Origin: Monocercomonoides exilis PA203
Lineage: Eukaryota > Protista > Preaxostyla
Direction of reading: 5' to 3'
NCBI GenBank assembly: GCA_001643675.2
Contig: LSRY02000028.1
Span: 124,001-188,000 of the forward strand
DNA length: 64,000 bases
Shown: positions 35,139 through 48,388 of the stretch, in pieces
How positions within the stretch are numbered: the first letter of the stretch is position 1
Layout: each line of letters opens with the position of its first letter
Notes under the pieces: generated by a model
What the model was told of the DNA's origin: nothing
The model's database searches: none
Seen by the model: the letters and a program-made list of their open reading frames with translations, nothing else
Program-made: the position numbers and the translations under genes

Positions 35139-36093
35139 TGCTTTATCTTAACCTCTTCAAAAAATTTTTAACAATTTCTCAAAATCGAAAAATTTATATT
35201 TTAATATTAAAAAATTTAAATTGTGCTTAAATATCAAACTTAAAAGTTCTCATTTAAAAAAAAAAAATACAAAAAAAAAAAAATAATTTTTTAGAAAAAA
35301 TATCTGCTAACAAATTCACAGAAAACTAATAGATGAACATACTCAACGTGCACATAATGAAAAATTACAGGATCTCAATTACATTTTCAAATAATTGTAT
35401 TTTTAATTCAATGTTAGAATTAAATTGCCTCAAAAATTGCAGAAATAAAATTATCGTGCGTCAAAGTCAATTTCTTTCATAATATTCTGAAAGATATGCC
35501 GTAAACAATATCGAATGTTTCTTCAATTCAAAGCTCGATATGCAATTCAAATGTCGATTTTTTCAAAGGAATATTTCACTTGGTTGACAATCTTTCATGT
35601 ATCTTTAACTTGCGAAATTGGCGCACAACATAATAAATATCAGCGCAAGCACCATTACATTCCTAAATTGATAACATACATGAAAAAATTACGATTGAAA
35701 GAATAGTCAGAAATTAATTTATCAAAAACAAAAAAAATTTCAAAACAACACAAAAATTGTTCATTTACATTTTCAATGATTTTTTTTTAAATTTTTTTTA
35801 GTTCTTTCTTTTTATTTTTATTATTATTATTGATATTATTGTTTGTTTATTTTTTTTTCCGTTTTTTATTATATTTTATAAGTCAATTAAAAAATATTGA
35901 AATGTATTTTTTATGTAATATTATTATCAAAACAATTATTTATCTTTTAAGTAGATTCATTTTGTTCTTTTATTGATTCTCTCTGTTTATTATTTATTCA
36001 ATATTTCATACCATTATTTCCAATGTTCACATATCTGTTAACAATTCATGAATTATTGTAGATGTTCCGAATAGATTACATATCTAAATCATT

Positions 36094-37093
36094 TTATTGC
36101 GTGTGCTGCGTTATTGAAGCTGAAAACAACCCTGATGGATTTGAAGCTTGAGGTAACTGAACATTAGAAAAAGTTGAAGGCTGTGAAGGCATAACTGGCG
36201 TTGTAAAAGGCGGAATTTGCATCTGTTGTTGTGGAGGAGTTGGCTGTAAAGGTTGTAATTGCTGTTGAGGTTGCATTCCACCCATTTGTTGAGCCATCAT
36301 TTCTCCGCCTTCTTCCATTCCCATCCCCATCGGCATTCCAGGTCCTATTGGCATTCCTCTTCCTCTTATTCTTCCACGTCCCCCTCTACCTCTACCCATA
36401 TAAGGCATCATTTGCATTGAACTTAGAAATTTCCCCATTCCTCCTCTTCCTGGTGGTGCAACCATAATAATCATTGGTTGCATTCCTCCTCTTCCACGTC
36501 CTCTTCCTCTCATTCCCATCATTCCCATTCCACCAAATCCTCCACGAGCTCCTCTCATCTGCCTATTATATCCTGGAATATTTGTTCTTTTTGGTAAAAT
36601 TTTTATTTCCCTGTTATGAAGTTTATGGCCATTGAGCGCCATGCTTGCCTGAACAGATTCTGGATCTTGATACTGCACATAAGCGCAACCTTTTGGATGA
36701 CCAGCCTTGTTTGTAAGAATAGTTATTTTTGCAATTGCACCATAAGGCAAAAAAAGTTGTCCAAGCTCTTCTTCGGTTGTTGAATAATCAACATTTCCGA
36801 TGAAGATTGATCGTGCATCAGCTTCTTGTTGAGCAACAGAAGTGGGATCTTCAGCTGTAAAACGAAATATAAAATAAAAAAGAAAGCAAAATGAAAAATA
36901 AAAATACTTGTCATTGGTGTTGCTTCTTCTGACTGTTGAAATTGTTGTATTTTCATTGATTCAGCATCCATTGAATCGAATTGCCCTTCAAAACTTGGCA
37001 CCTGATAAAAAATATCAATAAAATTTAAAAACAAAGATATATATTGCAAACTTGGACATCTGATGGTTGCTGAATTTGTTGCTGTTGATCCAT
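36094..37093 (-). CDS. PABPN1: Nuclear poly(A)-binding protein 2 (single RRM plus RGG/Met/Gln-rich tail), 3 exons
   Basis: EADARSIFIGNVDYSTTEEEL..ITILTNKAGHPKGCAYVQY..SMALNGHKLHNREIKILPKRTNIPG is the PABPN1 signature. ATG at 37093 (MDQQQQIQQ). Confidence 0.9.
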
Positions 37094-37297
37094 TTTTGAT
37101 CTTTGGTATTATCTATAAATCATTATCAAAATTTAAAATTTGTGGTAATTTTTGAAAAACGATAAAATATAATTTAACTCGTATTGAGAACGTGAAATAA
37201 TTTAATGTAAGTGAAATGAAAAAAAGGAAAAAAGAAAGCAAAACTAATACACTCGCAAAGAAATGAAGGAAATAATTACAATAAAGATCCATCTAAC

Positions 37298-40200
37298 TTA
37301 TGCTCTGAAAGACTGAGCAATACGATGGAATATATCAACAAAGCCAGGGATGACGGCAGACGCACTTTCCTTGATCTTCAACAAAATATGGTTGTTAGCT
37401 TCAGCTTCGCTCATTTCAAAGTTCATTTTATTTTTAACCTGAATAAAATAAAAAGTTTGAAGGAAAAATTATGAGTCAAATGCAAAAGCGAAAGGAAAAC
37501 GCATAAGATGAAAAATAAATCGAACCAAGGTTCAAAAAAAATAAAATTCAAATAATTCAAAGGACATTAACAATACCGATAGAATTCCTGATTCGTTCTT
37601 TAAATCAGGAATGTTGGCGTGTCGCATCATCCGAAAGAGGGTGATGATGAGATTGGCGCATTTCCGGCGCAAAATGGAGTATGCCTCGCAGCAATAGCTC
37701 ATGAAGCTCTGGAAGTATTCAGAGTCTCCGCCTTGCATCAGCTGTGAGAGAGAGAGAGAGAGAGAGAGAGAAAGAAAGAAGAAAGAAAGAAAGAAATAGA
37801 GAGAGAAAGAAATAGATAGATAGAAGATAGATAGAGATAGAGAAAAAGAAGCATAAACGTTGATAAGGATAAGATCAATTGAAAATAAAAAAAAAAAAAA
37901 AACGAAAACAAAAAGTATTCGTCAACTTATCTCTTCAGCACACGTCAATCATTTCTTTGCTCAGTTTCATTGGAGGCGGACGCACTTTTGGATCGTGCCC
38001 CAAAAAGAACCCAAAGTCGATGTGGAAAAGATGCCCTGAAAATGAAAGAAGGAAAAAAAGGAGATGAAAAAGAGGTTGATAATTTGACACAATTCAAAAG
38101 TTTTTCAAAAGCAGTTCAAAACAGTTAAATTTTCAAGTTTCAATTGACATTCAAAAAAAAAAAAATTCAACCCTCTCTCCAAAAGAAATTTATTTATTTA
38201 TTTAATTCCTTCCTCTCCCCTCCTTTCCTTTCCTCAAACCTTCATCTGTCAGCAGCAGATTGTCTAAATGTCGATCACCAACACCCATGATGTATGTGAT
38301 CACCCCATAGCCAGCACAGCTCCTCACAAAGTTCTCCAAAATGACTGGCTTGAACTTGTATGGCGTGGTTGAGTCAGGAGCGATCTTGCGGAAGTATCTG
38401 AGATAGAAGAAGAAGAAGAAGAAGAAGAAGAAGAAGAGAAGATGGAAGAAGAAGAATTATTGGTAGAGGAAATAGAAAATATATTGAGAAAGAAAATAAG
38501 AAAGAATATTTATACAAAAATGTTTAACAACCAAAATATTCATAAATAAAAAAATGAAAATAAAATAAAATAAAATAAAGCAAACGCTGCCAAGCTGCCG
38601 TGTGTCTTCAGGATCGAGTCGATCGACTGCGACGGCACAAACTCGACCAGCCCTCTCGGCGGCTTCGACGAAAACGCCATCACTTTGTACGGCTTCATCC
38701 TCAGGTCCAAATTCTCCTCTTTCAGCGTCTTGTCAAAGATAGACACAATCTGAAGCGAAAGCATGTCTTGCCTCACATCATCGTTCGACTTGAAGATGAA
38801 GCGGTGGTTGGGCGCAGGAAGCGGGTCGGGAAGCATAAACGCAGAGAAAGTGGCAGCGGAGGTGGTGGTGAAGGGCAAAGACGGAGGAGCTTGTGGAGGG
38901 AGATGGTGAGATGTAGAAGAAGAAGAAGATGATGATGATGTAGAAGCGGTTGTGGAATTAGGATTGGTATTGGAAGAAGAAGAAGAAGATGTGGTTGTGT
39001 TAGCAGAAAGTGCAAGAGAAGCAGACGGAGGTGACAGAGTGGGATTTGAGGGTGATGTGGATGAGAGAGAGGGAGGTGGGTGTGGTGCACCTGACTGCGA
39101 CAAAGCCGGCTGTTCAGAAGACAACACATTCGAAACAGCAACTTCTGCTGCTGCTGGCTCTGCTTCAACATCTGCTTCTGGTTCTGCCCCTTCATCTGCC
39201 CCTTCATCTGCCCCTTCCTCTCCCTCTGCCCCATCTCCTGCTGCAGCATCTGGCTCTTCCTCTTCCTCTTCCTCTTCTTCCTCCTCGTCGTTGTCTGCCT
39301 CTTTCTTCCCTTTGTAACCCCGCTGCGATGCTTCCAACAGCAAGTCATCCAAATCTGACGGAGGACGCGTCACACTCAGCCGATGCGGCCTTTCACTAAT
39401 TTCCTTCACAACATTCTCTTCGGATGATCCTGTTGAGCTTGTAAGTGTATTCATTGACATATTTTTACCTTCTCCTTTTGCCTGAGCTTCACCCTGCGGA
39501 TTTCGACTGCCTGCTCCTCTGCTTCCAGTCTGCACAGAAAAAGAATTAGAAGCAGCACCAGAAACAGAAGCAGCTGTTGCATTCATCATTGCATTACTTC
39601 CATCATTAACCCCTCCTCCTCCTCCACTTCCTCCGTTTGTTCCTGCTGCTTGCTTCGCAGCCATCTGGCTCTGTGCTGCAGCCTTCATCGACTTCAGCTC
39701 CAGCTCCTTTCTTCTCATCTCCTTCTTCGACAGGCGCGTGGGCTGCGGCTTGCTCTCTTCTTCCTTCAGAATCTTCGCCATGATCGAGTCTGGGTCTTCG
39801 TCATACAGCATCCTGTGGTGTGGATAAGAAGACGTTGAAACAGTGTAGAATGGCAACTGCACCGGCTGCACCTTCGATTTGTAGACACTCAGCTTCTGGC
39901 TGTAGAAGAAGATGGAGAAATACGAAGGATTCACGGGCGAGGGGAACGGGTGGTTCATGCTGAAGAACTTCTCACTGATGGCTCTTAAGTGGCTGATTTT
40001 CTGCGTCCGCTTCAGCTTCACCACAGAATCGAACTCAGCCGAGATCGTCTCAAAGAAGACGCGCTGCCGGAACGCGTAGACGAGGTACAGCGGCTGCTCC
40101 TGCCGCATCTTCTCCAGCAAGGCACGCATCAGCAGCGTGGCCTGCTCGTGCAGCAGACTCTCTTCCACAAGCATGTGGATGAGCCAGAAGAGAGGAATAA

Positions 40201-43200
40201 ACAACTCGAGGTTTTGCGTCGCCCGCGAGAACAAGAGCGTTGCCAGCGGCGCGTCCCGGTCGAACTGCGCATAGAGCGAGGTGATGTAGGCGTGTGTGAT
40301 GGAAGCAGAGGGAAGGGAAGGATACAGCAGCATCTCCTGCCGCTCTCCATACACATCTGCCCCGTCCCACTCTCCTCCTCCTCCTCCTCCTCTTTGTGGC
40401 CACACAAGCCCCGCCTCTTCGCCCAGGTAGTTCTCAGCCCCTCTCCGCACCAGATACTCCGTCACTTCGCCTGCCATCTCGTTGTACGCTGACAGCTGCG
40501 CATTCGCATCGCCGCTCAGCTGAAACGCCCCTTCGCCGTCCGCCGCGTGCTGCCCGCCGCTCGGCAGCCGTTCTGCTCTTTCTGCTCTTCCAGCTTCCCT
40601 CTGCTTCCTTTTAATCCCGTCTTTCTCGCTTCCTGGCTGCATCCCCATCGACTCTCCTTCTTTCATCCCTGCTATTCCTCCTCCTGTTGTTGCTCCCATT
40701 CCTCCAACTCCACCAACTCCTCCTGATGCTCCTCCTCCTCCTCCTCCCGCCATCTGCTCTCTTCCTCTTCCTTCTCTCTGTCCTCTCCCTGTCGCAAGCA
40801 CCTGTCCTGACGTGCATCCATCGCCTGCATTCCCCACAAGCGCACTGCCTTCTCTGATCCTCCGGTGCCTTCCACCAGCAAGCAAGCTGTCGTTGTCAAA
40901 CAGATCTTCATCATCTCCATCATCATCATCATCATCTTCGTCTTCATTGTCATCATCATTGTCATCTGCCTCCGATTTTCCCTCTCTTTCCTCTTCATCT
41001 TCGTCTTCGCTGCGCCTTTTCCTCCTTTTTGAGACTCTCTTTTCACTCGATTTCTCTCCGTCTGATTGATTCTGCTGTGAGTCGTTGTTGTCCTCTTCGG
41101 AATCTGAGAAAAACGCAGATGGCTGAAACTCTTTCTTCTTCGGCTTCTTCCTCCGCTTCCTTCTTCGCCTATCTCTTTCTCTTTTTGCATCGTTGTTGCC
41201 TTCTTCTTCATCCACCACAACTGCTCCTCCTTCTTTCCCTTCTTCTCCTTTCTCTCCTTTCTCTTTCCCAATCATTTGTTCTGCTGCTTTATCTGCTGTT
41301 TGATTCTGCATTGATTGTGTACTTTGTATGTTTGCTTCCTTTGCTCCTTCTTTGTGCGCCTGAGGCTGTTCTTCTTCTTCATACTCAAACTCTTCTTCTT
41401 CCTCGTCTTCTTCTTCGTATTCAGATACTTCAATCACCTCAATTCGCTCTGTGCCCGCAGGAAGCTCCATATTTTGCCTGATTTCTGCATTTTCTGTTCC
41501 ATTTTGATTTGCCGTTGAATTCACTTGTGTTACATTCTGTGATGCATTCAATGTCTTTTTTGTCCCACGTACTCCTCCCTCTCCTCCTTCCCCTCTTCCT
41601 CCTTCTCCCTCTCCTCCTTCTCCCCCTTTTTCCACCATCTGCCCAACTGCTGGCTGTGTCTGGTAAACGGGTGTTCTGCTGCTATACTGCTGTGATTGTG
41701 TCTGCGATTGTGTTTGCGATTGAGACGGTGAAGGCGTCTTCAGTTTTGCTGACAGCTCTGCCGAGGAAGTTGTGTATGTGCTGCCATATTCGCTCCCACT
41801 CGACCTGCTTGCTCCTCCGCCGTCTTCATCATTCGAGTCATAATTGGAGAGATCGGAGTCGCTGTATGAAGAAGAAGAAGAAGAGGAAGAGGAAGCAGAA
41901 GCAGAAGAGGAGGAATAACCACCAGAAGAGGAAGAATTAGACGAGGAGTAGCGAGATGAATCTTCATCTGACGAGTAATAGCCAGACGAGCCACTTTCGC
42001 TGAAGCTGCTGCCAAACTCGTCTGACGTATACTCACTGCATGTCTCTCCTTCATCTTCATCCTCGTCCTCCTCTTCCTCAAAATCCTCCGACGAGTTCAT
42101 TCTCTCTTCATCTCCTTCATCTCCCTCATCCTCATCGTCCTGGAACAGCTCATCTGCCAGCTTCGGCGGCTCCTCTTCGTTGTTGTCGTCGGTGCTCAGC
42201 AGGTCAAACAGCTGCACCAGCCCTTCCTCTTGCTCACTTTTTCTTATCTGCGTCTGCTCCACTTTTTTCCCCGGCTGTACTGCTTGCCCTGCTTTCCCTT
42301 TCTTCTCCGTCCTCCTTCCACTCCCCATCCCCATCCCGCTTCCATTTCCTCCTCCTCCTCCTCCTCCACTTCCTCCTCCCACACCACCACTGCCCCCCTC
42401 TCCCCCTCCTCCTCCTCCTCCTCTATTTCCACTGGCTCCTTCTTTCTCATTCAAGTTGCCATTCCCCTGTGACAAATAGCTCTTGTTCATCGAAGATGTC
42501 TTCACGTGCCGTTTTCCTCCGTGTCTTCTGTGTGTGTGGTGATGTCTTCTGCTTCTGCTTCTGCTTCGACTTCTGTATCGTTTGTGAGGAGTCTGCTGCA
42601 CGCCAACTGGCTGGCTGTTCAGTGCAATAGCAGAAGAAGTGGCTGAAGAAGAAGAAGAAGCAGCAACAGGCATAGCAGGCAAACGAGGTTCCTCCGTCCT
42701 TCCTGCCTGTGGCTGTGCTTCTTCGTCCTCTTCGTATTCCTGCTCATCCTCATCCTCTTCCTCCCACTCGTACTCTTCCTCTTCCTCTCCTCCTCCTCCG
42801 CTTCCTTGCTGTCCAACCTGCCCTTCTCTTTGCACGCCTTGTTGTTGCTGCTGCTGCTGTTGATTCAACGAACTTCCAGAAGAATATGTCAAAGAAGGCG
42901 ATACATTCGCCAAGTTGGCTGTGTCTGGCGCTGAAAAAGCAGGTGCATGCGAACTGGAGAACTGGCTGTCTTCGGCACTCGGCATTGAGCCATCCTGTGG
43001 CTGTGGCTGTGGGTGTGATTGCTGCGATGACTGCTGCTGTTGCTGAAGTGACTGTTGTGTGTGCCCCAGCTGATCAGTTGCAGATGGAAGTGCAGTCGGA
43101 ATCACCACGTTCCTTCCAGCTGCGCCTGAAGCTGGTGAGCCATCTGGAGACACTGAAGAAGCAGGGGTCGATGCAGACGACGCTGCTACTGCCACTGCTG

Positions 43201-45492
43201 CTGCGGCTGTTGAAGTGCCACTCCAATTCTGCCCGTTTTGTGATGTGTTCGACGCAACTGAACGTGCAGGTGTTGCGGCGGGTGATGGGGTGCCTTGTCT
43301 CCCTCCGCCGCTTCCTCTGCGTGCTGCGTCCAATTGAGTGGGCTCTGCCATATCGTCCTGCTTTGTCAGCACAGCCTCCTGCTTCAGATAAGGCTCATTG
43401 ATGCGATACTGTTGCTGCTGCTGTTGCTGTTGTTGATCAAATCCCTGCTTTATCCCACTCCCACTCCCATGTCTGTGTCTATGATGTCTGCCATGTCCAT
43501 GATGTTGTCTACCATGTTGATGATGGCGATGATGGCGATGATGATGATGATTACGATGGCGATGGCGCCTTCGCCGTTCCTGCGACCCCTTCCTGCGCCT
43601 GTGTCTTGCCCCGTGTCTGTGCCTGTACCCGTCCTCCGAGTCAATCGAGCCGCGTCTGCCGTACTTGCCGCGCTGTCTGCCTCTTCTCCCGCCTGCTGAC
43701 TGCGAGTCCGCCAGGTTGTCGCACAGCAGCGACTGCACCAGCTGCGGCAGGAGCTCAATCAAATCGTCGTCGGCCAGGCGCGCCAGGTGTGCTGTGGCGT
43801 ACACCCGCACGAACGGGTGGGTCTCGGCGACGTCTGTCGACACAAGCTCCAGCAGGCACCAGAGCGAAGGAGACTCCCAGCGGCGCAGGAAGTCTATCGC
43901 CTCGAGCCGCATCTTCTTCGAGCGCCAGTTCACCGACTGCACAAAGCGGTACAGCAGCGACGGGTACTTGATGGCTGTTGCACGGTTCACCCAGATCGCC
44001 CGGCGCTGGGTCTCGTTGATACCTTCAGTGGGGGGCAGGTTGCTGAGGTAGTGCAGCTGTTTCAGGTTGTTCTCAGAGGCAAAGGCCTGCGAGGGAGGGA
44101 CAGAGGTGATGCCGAGGGACTCTGCCAGCCGCAGCGTGGGGAGGTCGAGACAGAGCCGGCCTTCGCCGTCCATGTTGGGCGAGGCAGCGACGGAGTGGAT
44201 ACCCGGACGCCGCTGGGAAGAAGAGGGGGGGATCGGAATGGCAAAGGACTGGTAGCTCATAACCACCCCGGCAGAGGGTGTGGGTGTGGATAAGGAGGAG
44301 AGGAGTGCGCGGTCGGAGAAAAGGAGAGAGGCGGGGGAGTAATAATCATAGAATGTGGGGGTCATTTCGATTTCGAGAGAAATCACCTCAACTTCTATTT
44401 TGGGGATTTCCTATTAAAATTGAAATGAAATGAAAAGAATATAAAAATTATATATTGGTTGTTGATTATGTATGTTGTTTAATAAGGATGAGTTCACATC
44501 AAAATAAGCAAACAATGTTTAATCAAATTTGCAACAAAAATTGAATTACGCCAATTATTAGAAACAAATTGCACACTTGATGAATCGCTTCCATTGCCTT
44601 GTCCACTCCATCGTCCATCCACGAAACACGCGGAATAAAACGTGGAGCTGAAACGATTGCCAAAGGAGATATTGTCAACTGTGGCGCGGCTTGGCGATGA
44701 GCACCATAACCTCTCTCGCCTTCTTTCTTGACTTTCGGCTCTTTTATTGCTGCTCCAAGATCAAAAGGCGAAACTGATGGATGAGTTCCATCACCCCATA
44801 CAGGGTGCCCTCCTTCGTCTCTAATTTCTTTCAATTTAGCATGACGAAGAGTAGGATTTAGTAACATAAGCTCATGCTTTGTTGTTATAAAAGATGAAGC
44901 CGACCAAGGAAGACGTTTCGCAACTTGAACTTTATAATCATTGAAAAATGGTTTTGGTGGAAGTGGAATTTGAGACTTTGAAAATGTTGAAGTTGTGACA
45001 GGAACAAGAGGGACATGTTTAACACCCATACGAGGCCTTCCTGTTCGGGAGAAAAGAGGTAAGGTTGTTGTTGCAATTGGCATAATCGTTCTTGGTCCGG
45101 TACAAGTCCAAATTGTAATAACTATTCCTGAATCAGTTGGAAATACTCGATCTGGATGAGGGAAATCTACGACATTCATTAACCTTATTTCAAAAAATTT
45201 GAAATAATTAATCACACAAAACTCACTTTATGAATAATCAAACCTAAACGTGTTTCTTGGATAATACGAATAAAATGGACTTAAATATGGTATAGATGTT
45301 TGCTTGCCATTGCAGTATAAAGTTGCTGAAATGCAAAAATCAAGTGAAGATTCGTTAGATAACGTTGTTGCATCAAAACAACGTGCTAAAGAAAGGAACA
45401 CTGACGGAGGCTGAACAACCAATGAGCGTCTACATATAAATAATTTCTTTTAAACTATGCAAATTATAAGCACAATCACACATTGTCAGCAT
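37298..45492 (-). CDS. VPS34: Class III phosphatidylinositol 3-kinase Vps34 with very large low-complexity insertions, ~8 exons
   Basis: C2 domain ([18 protein letters not shown]), helical domain ([35 protein letters not shown]), and kinase motifs [48 protein letters not shown]-terminus [11 protein letters not shown] is Vps34-type. The start codon at 45492 is tentative. Confidence 0.9.
37745..37845. repeat. (AG)n/(AAAG)n/(ATAG)n compound microsatellite forming the pyrimidine tract of a Vps34 intron
   Basis: Direct reading: gagagagagag...aaagaaagaa...atagatagatag. Confidence 0.9.
38405..38456. repeat. (GAA)n microsatellite at the 3' end of a Vps34 intron
   Basis: Direct reading of about ten tandem GAA units followed by degenerate copies. 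Confidence 0.9.
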
Positions 45493-45777
45493 CAGGCAAC
45501 GAAAAAGAAATAAAAAAGTAAAAGATTATGGGAAATAAAGTTATAGACAAGTCTCATGTTTCTTTTAAAGCACTTTTTTTGTTTTTCAAATAAAACAAAT
45601 AAATAAAATGGAAAAGAAAATGTACAAAAAAAATAATGAATTATGAAAAAAATAAAGAATAATTTGTTTTGGAAACATGAAGATGCTGTAAAGCTTTCAT
45701 TGGCAAATGATAGTTATTTGATAATGTTCCTTCGTGCAGAAAAGCAAAACTTAAAACTATCTCTTTCACTATCTTTT

Positions 45778-48388
45778 TCATTTCGATAAAAAATTCATGA
45801 AAGAGATGATATTTGTTTTGCCAGATTTTTTTGCTTGCTTTCGGACAATTTCCTGTGTGTTAAAGTCAGCTTGTTTCAAAGTGGAATCAATGATTGATTG
45901 AGCAGCAGAAGGATAATTAGAAACATGTCTTCCGAAGATCAACTCATCCGTCTGAAGATAGATCCTATCTTCATAACTACTCATTTGTTGTGATTCAGAT
46001 TGATTTGTTCTCAAATCGTATTCTTTCTCTTTCATTTGTTTGGCTTGTAGCAGCTGTTGTTGCTTTTGCTGTTTAATCTTCATTAAAATTCTATTTGATT
46101 TTTCCAATCTGCTTTTTAATCCATTTTTCAAATCATTTTCCAATAGCGAACCGAGAAATGAGTTTGGATGAGCAGAAGAATGCAGTGTCTGAACATAATA
46201 CGAAAGAGAAGGTGTCGACTCGCTAAACATTAAATCGCCATCTTCATGGCACATATTCAATGGAATGGGAACAGCAAGTTGACAACGCTTATCAAATGTG
46301 TTAACATCATCAGATGTTTCGCTTGATTGATACGAATAACTCAGCAGATTACAAAGAGAAGTGACAATTCGATGGATTGTCGGTAAATCATCTTCTGTTC
46401 TGTCATTCCTTTTTTCTTCATGTGAATCACTTTCTTCTGATTGACTCGAAAATGAAAGCGAAATTGGCGTGTCGTCTTCTTTGACTGTCTGAAATACTTC
46501 GAATGCAGAGTTCTCTGAAGGATAACTGAATCCGCCTTGAGAAGCAGAAAAAGCAGATCGCGTTGAGTCATTCTCCAAATGCGGAGAATCAGCTGAATAG
46601 TCAGAATCTTCAGAAGACTGCTGCATTTGCCGAGTGGCAAGTTCGAGATCTTTCATATTCGGCGCCATCCTTTCTGCATCAACAAGCGCCTGAAACACAA
46701 CAGGTGGAGGAAACGTGTGGATCACTGGCGTCTTCGGCTCCGGAGAAATTTCTGGTTTGATTTCCGGAATTGATATGAACGAATGCATGTCATTTGAAGT
46801 CTGAGTGACAATTTTTGCAGCAAGTGGAACATCAACAATTGCATGCAAAGATACTTTTTGTTCTTGTTGCAGTGGCATAAGAGTTTGCGTGCTTTCTGCT
46901 ATTTGTGGAGACGATAGCGGCATCAGTTGAGGAGAAGGAGTCACAGGGCGAGGTGAGAACGTTGGGAAATCAGCAGCAAACGGCGGTGTCTGCGAAGCAG
47001 AAGAATGAGGGATCATCCGAACAACTCCCTGCTGGCCGGCTGAAGAAAGCGGCGTTTGAGGTGAGAAAGCTGCAGAAGCAGAGGACTGTTTTGTTGGTGA
47101 TTCAGCACGAGGCGAAGAAGCAGCAGGCGACTTGACAAAGAAAAGAGGATCAAACATTGCTGCAGTGCGGGCGGTGGACGATGAATGAGGCGGGCTCTGC
47201 AGCGGGTGCGGAGGAGAGCGGTAGAGCGTGGAGTCGATTGGCGAAGGCAGCTGCGTCAGCTTCAGGTCTGACACGATCATCTTTGTGAATGGAGAGCTGT
47301 CGGCAGAAGCAGCTGGGGAAGGAAGTGAAGGAAGAGATGGAAGCGAAGGATTTCTAATGTTTGAAGTTGTGTTTGAGGGGGTGGAAGCGAATGGAGAAAG
47401 GGTTTGATTTGAAGGTGAGGAAATCGAAAGCGGGAGAGAGACTAAGCTCATGAGCTGTCTCGACGGAAAAAGAGGAAAAGAAAAAGGGAGGGAATACAGC
47501 AGCTGTGACGTTGATATCGGTGTCACTGTTTCTGTCTCGCTTTTCTCTCGCGTTGCAGCTGCACGCTTCTTCTTCTGTTTGGTTGTTCGCTCCATTTCGA
47601 AGTCTTCGTCACTCTCAAAATCGGTTATTTCAGAGCTTTCGGCTTCGGAGAACGTTTCACTCTTTTTGGCGTGTCGCGTTTGAACGGTTGACAATGGTTT
47701 TCCTGCTGTTGACGAAGGTTGTCGAGTTGAATTGACTTTTTTTGGAGAATGATATGAAGCATCTTCTTCGGTAGATTGCGTTTGACGAGGAAAACGGCGA
47801 AGATTAATAGAAGTTTCTGGACGAGTTGAAGTTTTATCTTTAGTTTTATGTGGAACTTGAACATTCACCATTGTCGATGGAGCCTTTGCTCTTTCGCTCT
47901 CTAGAAAAGCTTCAATTCCTGCTTCAGTAAGCTTTATGTATTTGGGCTTATGTTGATGTTTCTAAATTGACAATTATTTCATTCTTCAAAAAAAGAAAAA
48001 ACACTCAAACCATCCTATATCTCAAAACTCCAAACCAATTGTCTTTATATTTTATATAATTTGATTTCGGTTAATTGAAGAAATTTGTGACAAACCGAGT
48101 CTTAGACTATTCAAACCAGTTTTGGCCATTAATCTGAAAACAAAACATTTATCAAAACACTTTTCAAAAATTCAAAACATCATTCGTTAAAAACTCTTTT
48201 TTCTCTTCCAATGTTGGCCTGCATGCAGGATTTTCAGAAACAAATTCATTGAGAATCGATCGTTGCTCTCTTGTAAAAGGCATTCGAGAGGAAGATCCTC
48301 TAACAATTGCCTGAGTCCTTCCCTTCTTTCTTGCTCTCAAATTTGATTGTTCACTATCACTTTCTGAAAAACTCAACTTATCTTCCAT
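45778..48388 (-). CDS. Atypical homeodomain protein with a long Ser/Pro-rich tail (exons 48388-48195, 48133-48096, 48042-48011, 47961-45778)
   Basis: Three GT..AG introns (61, 53 and 49 nt) splice in frame to RMPFTREQRSILNEFVSENPACRPTLEEKKELMAKTGLNSLRLDNWFGVLRYRMK, then into the 697-aa ORF. Confidence 0.75.

Noticed and set aside
35450-35670. Slightly GC-richer patch with a stop-riddled minus-strand frame (MVLALIFIMLCANFAS*...)
   Set aside because: Possibly an old pseudogene remnant, but no recognisable family, so it cannot be supported.
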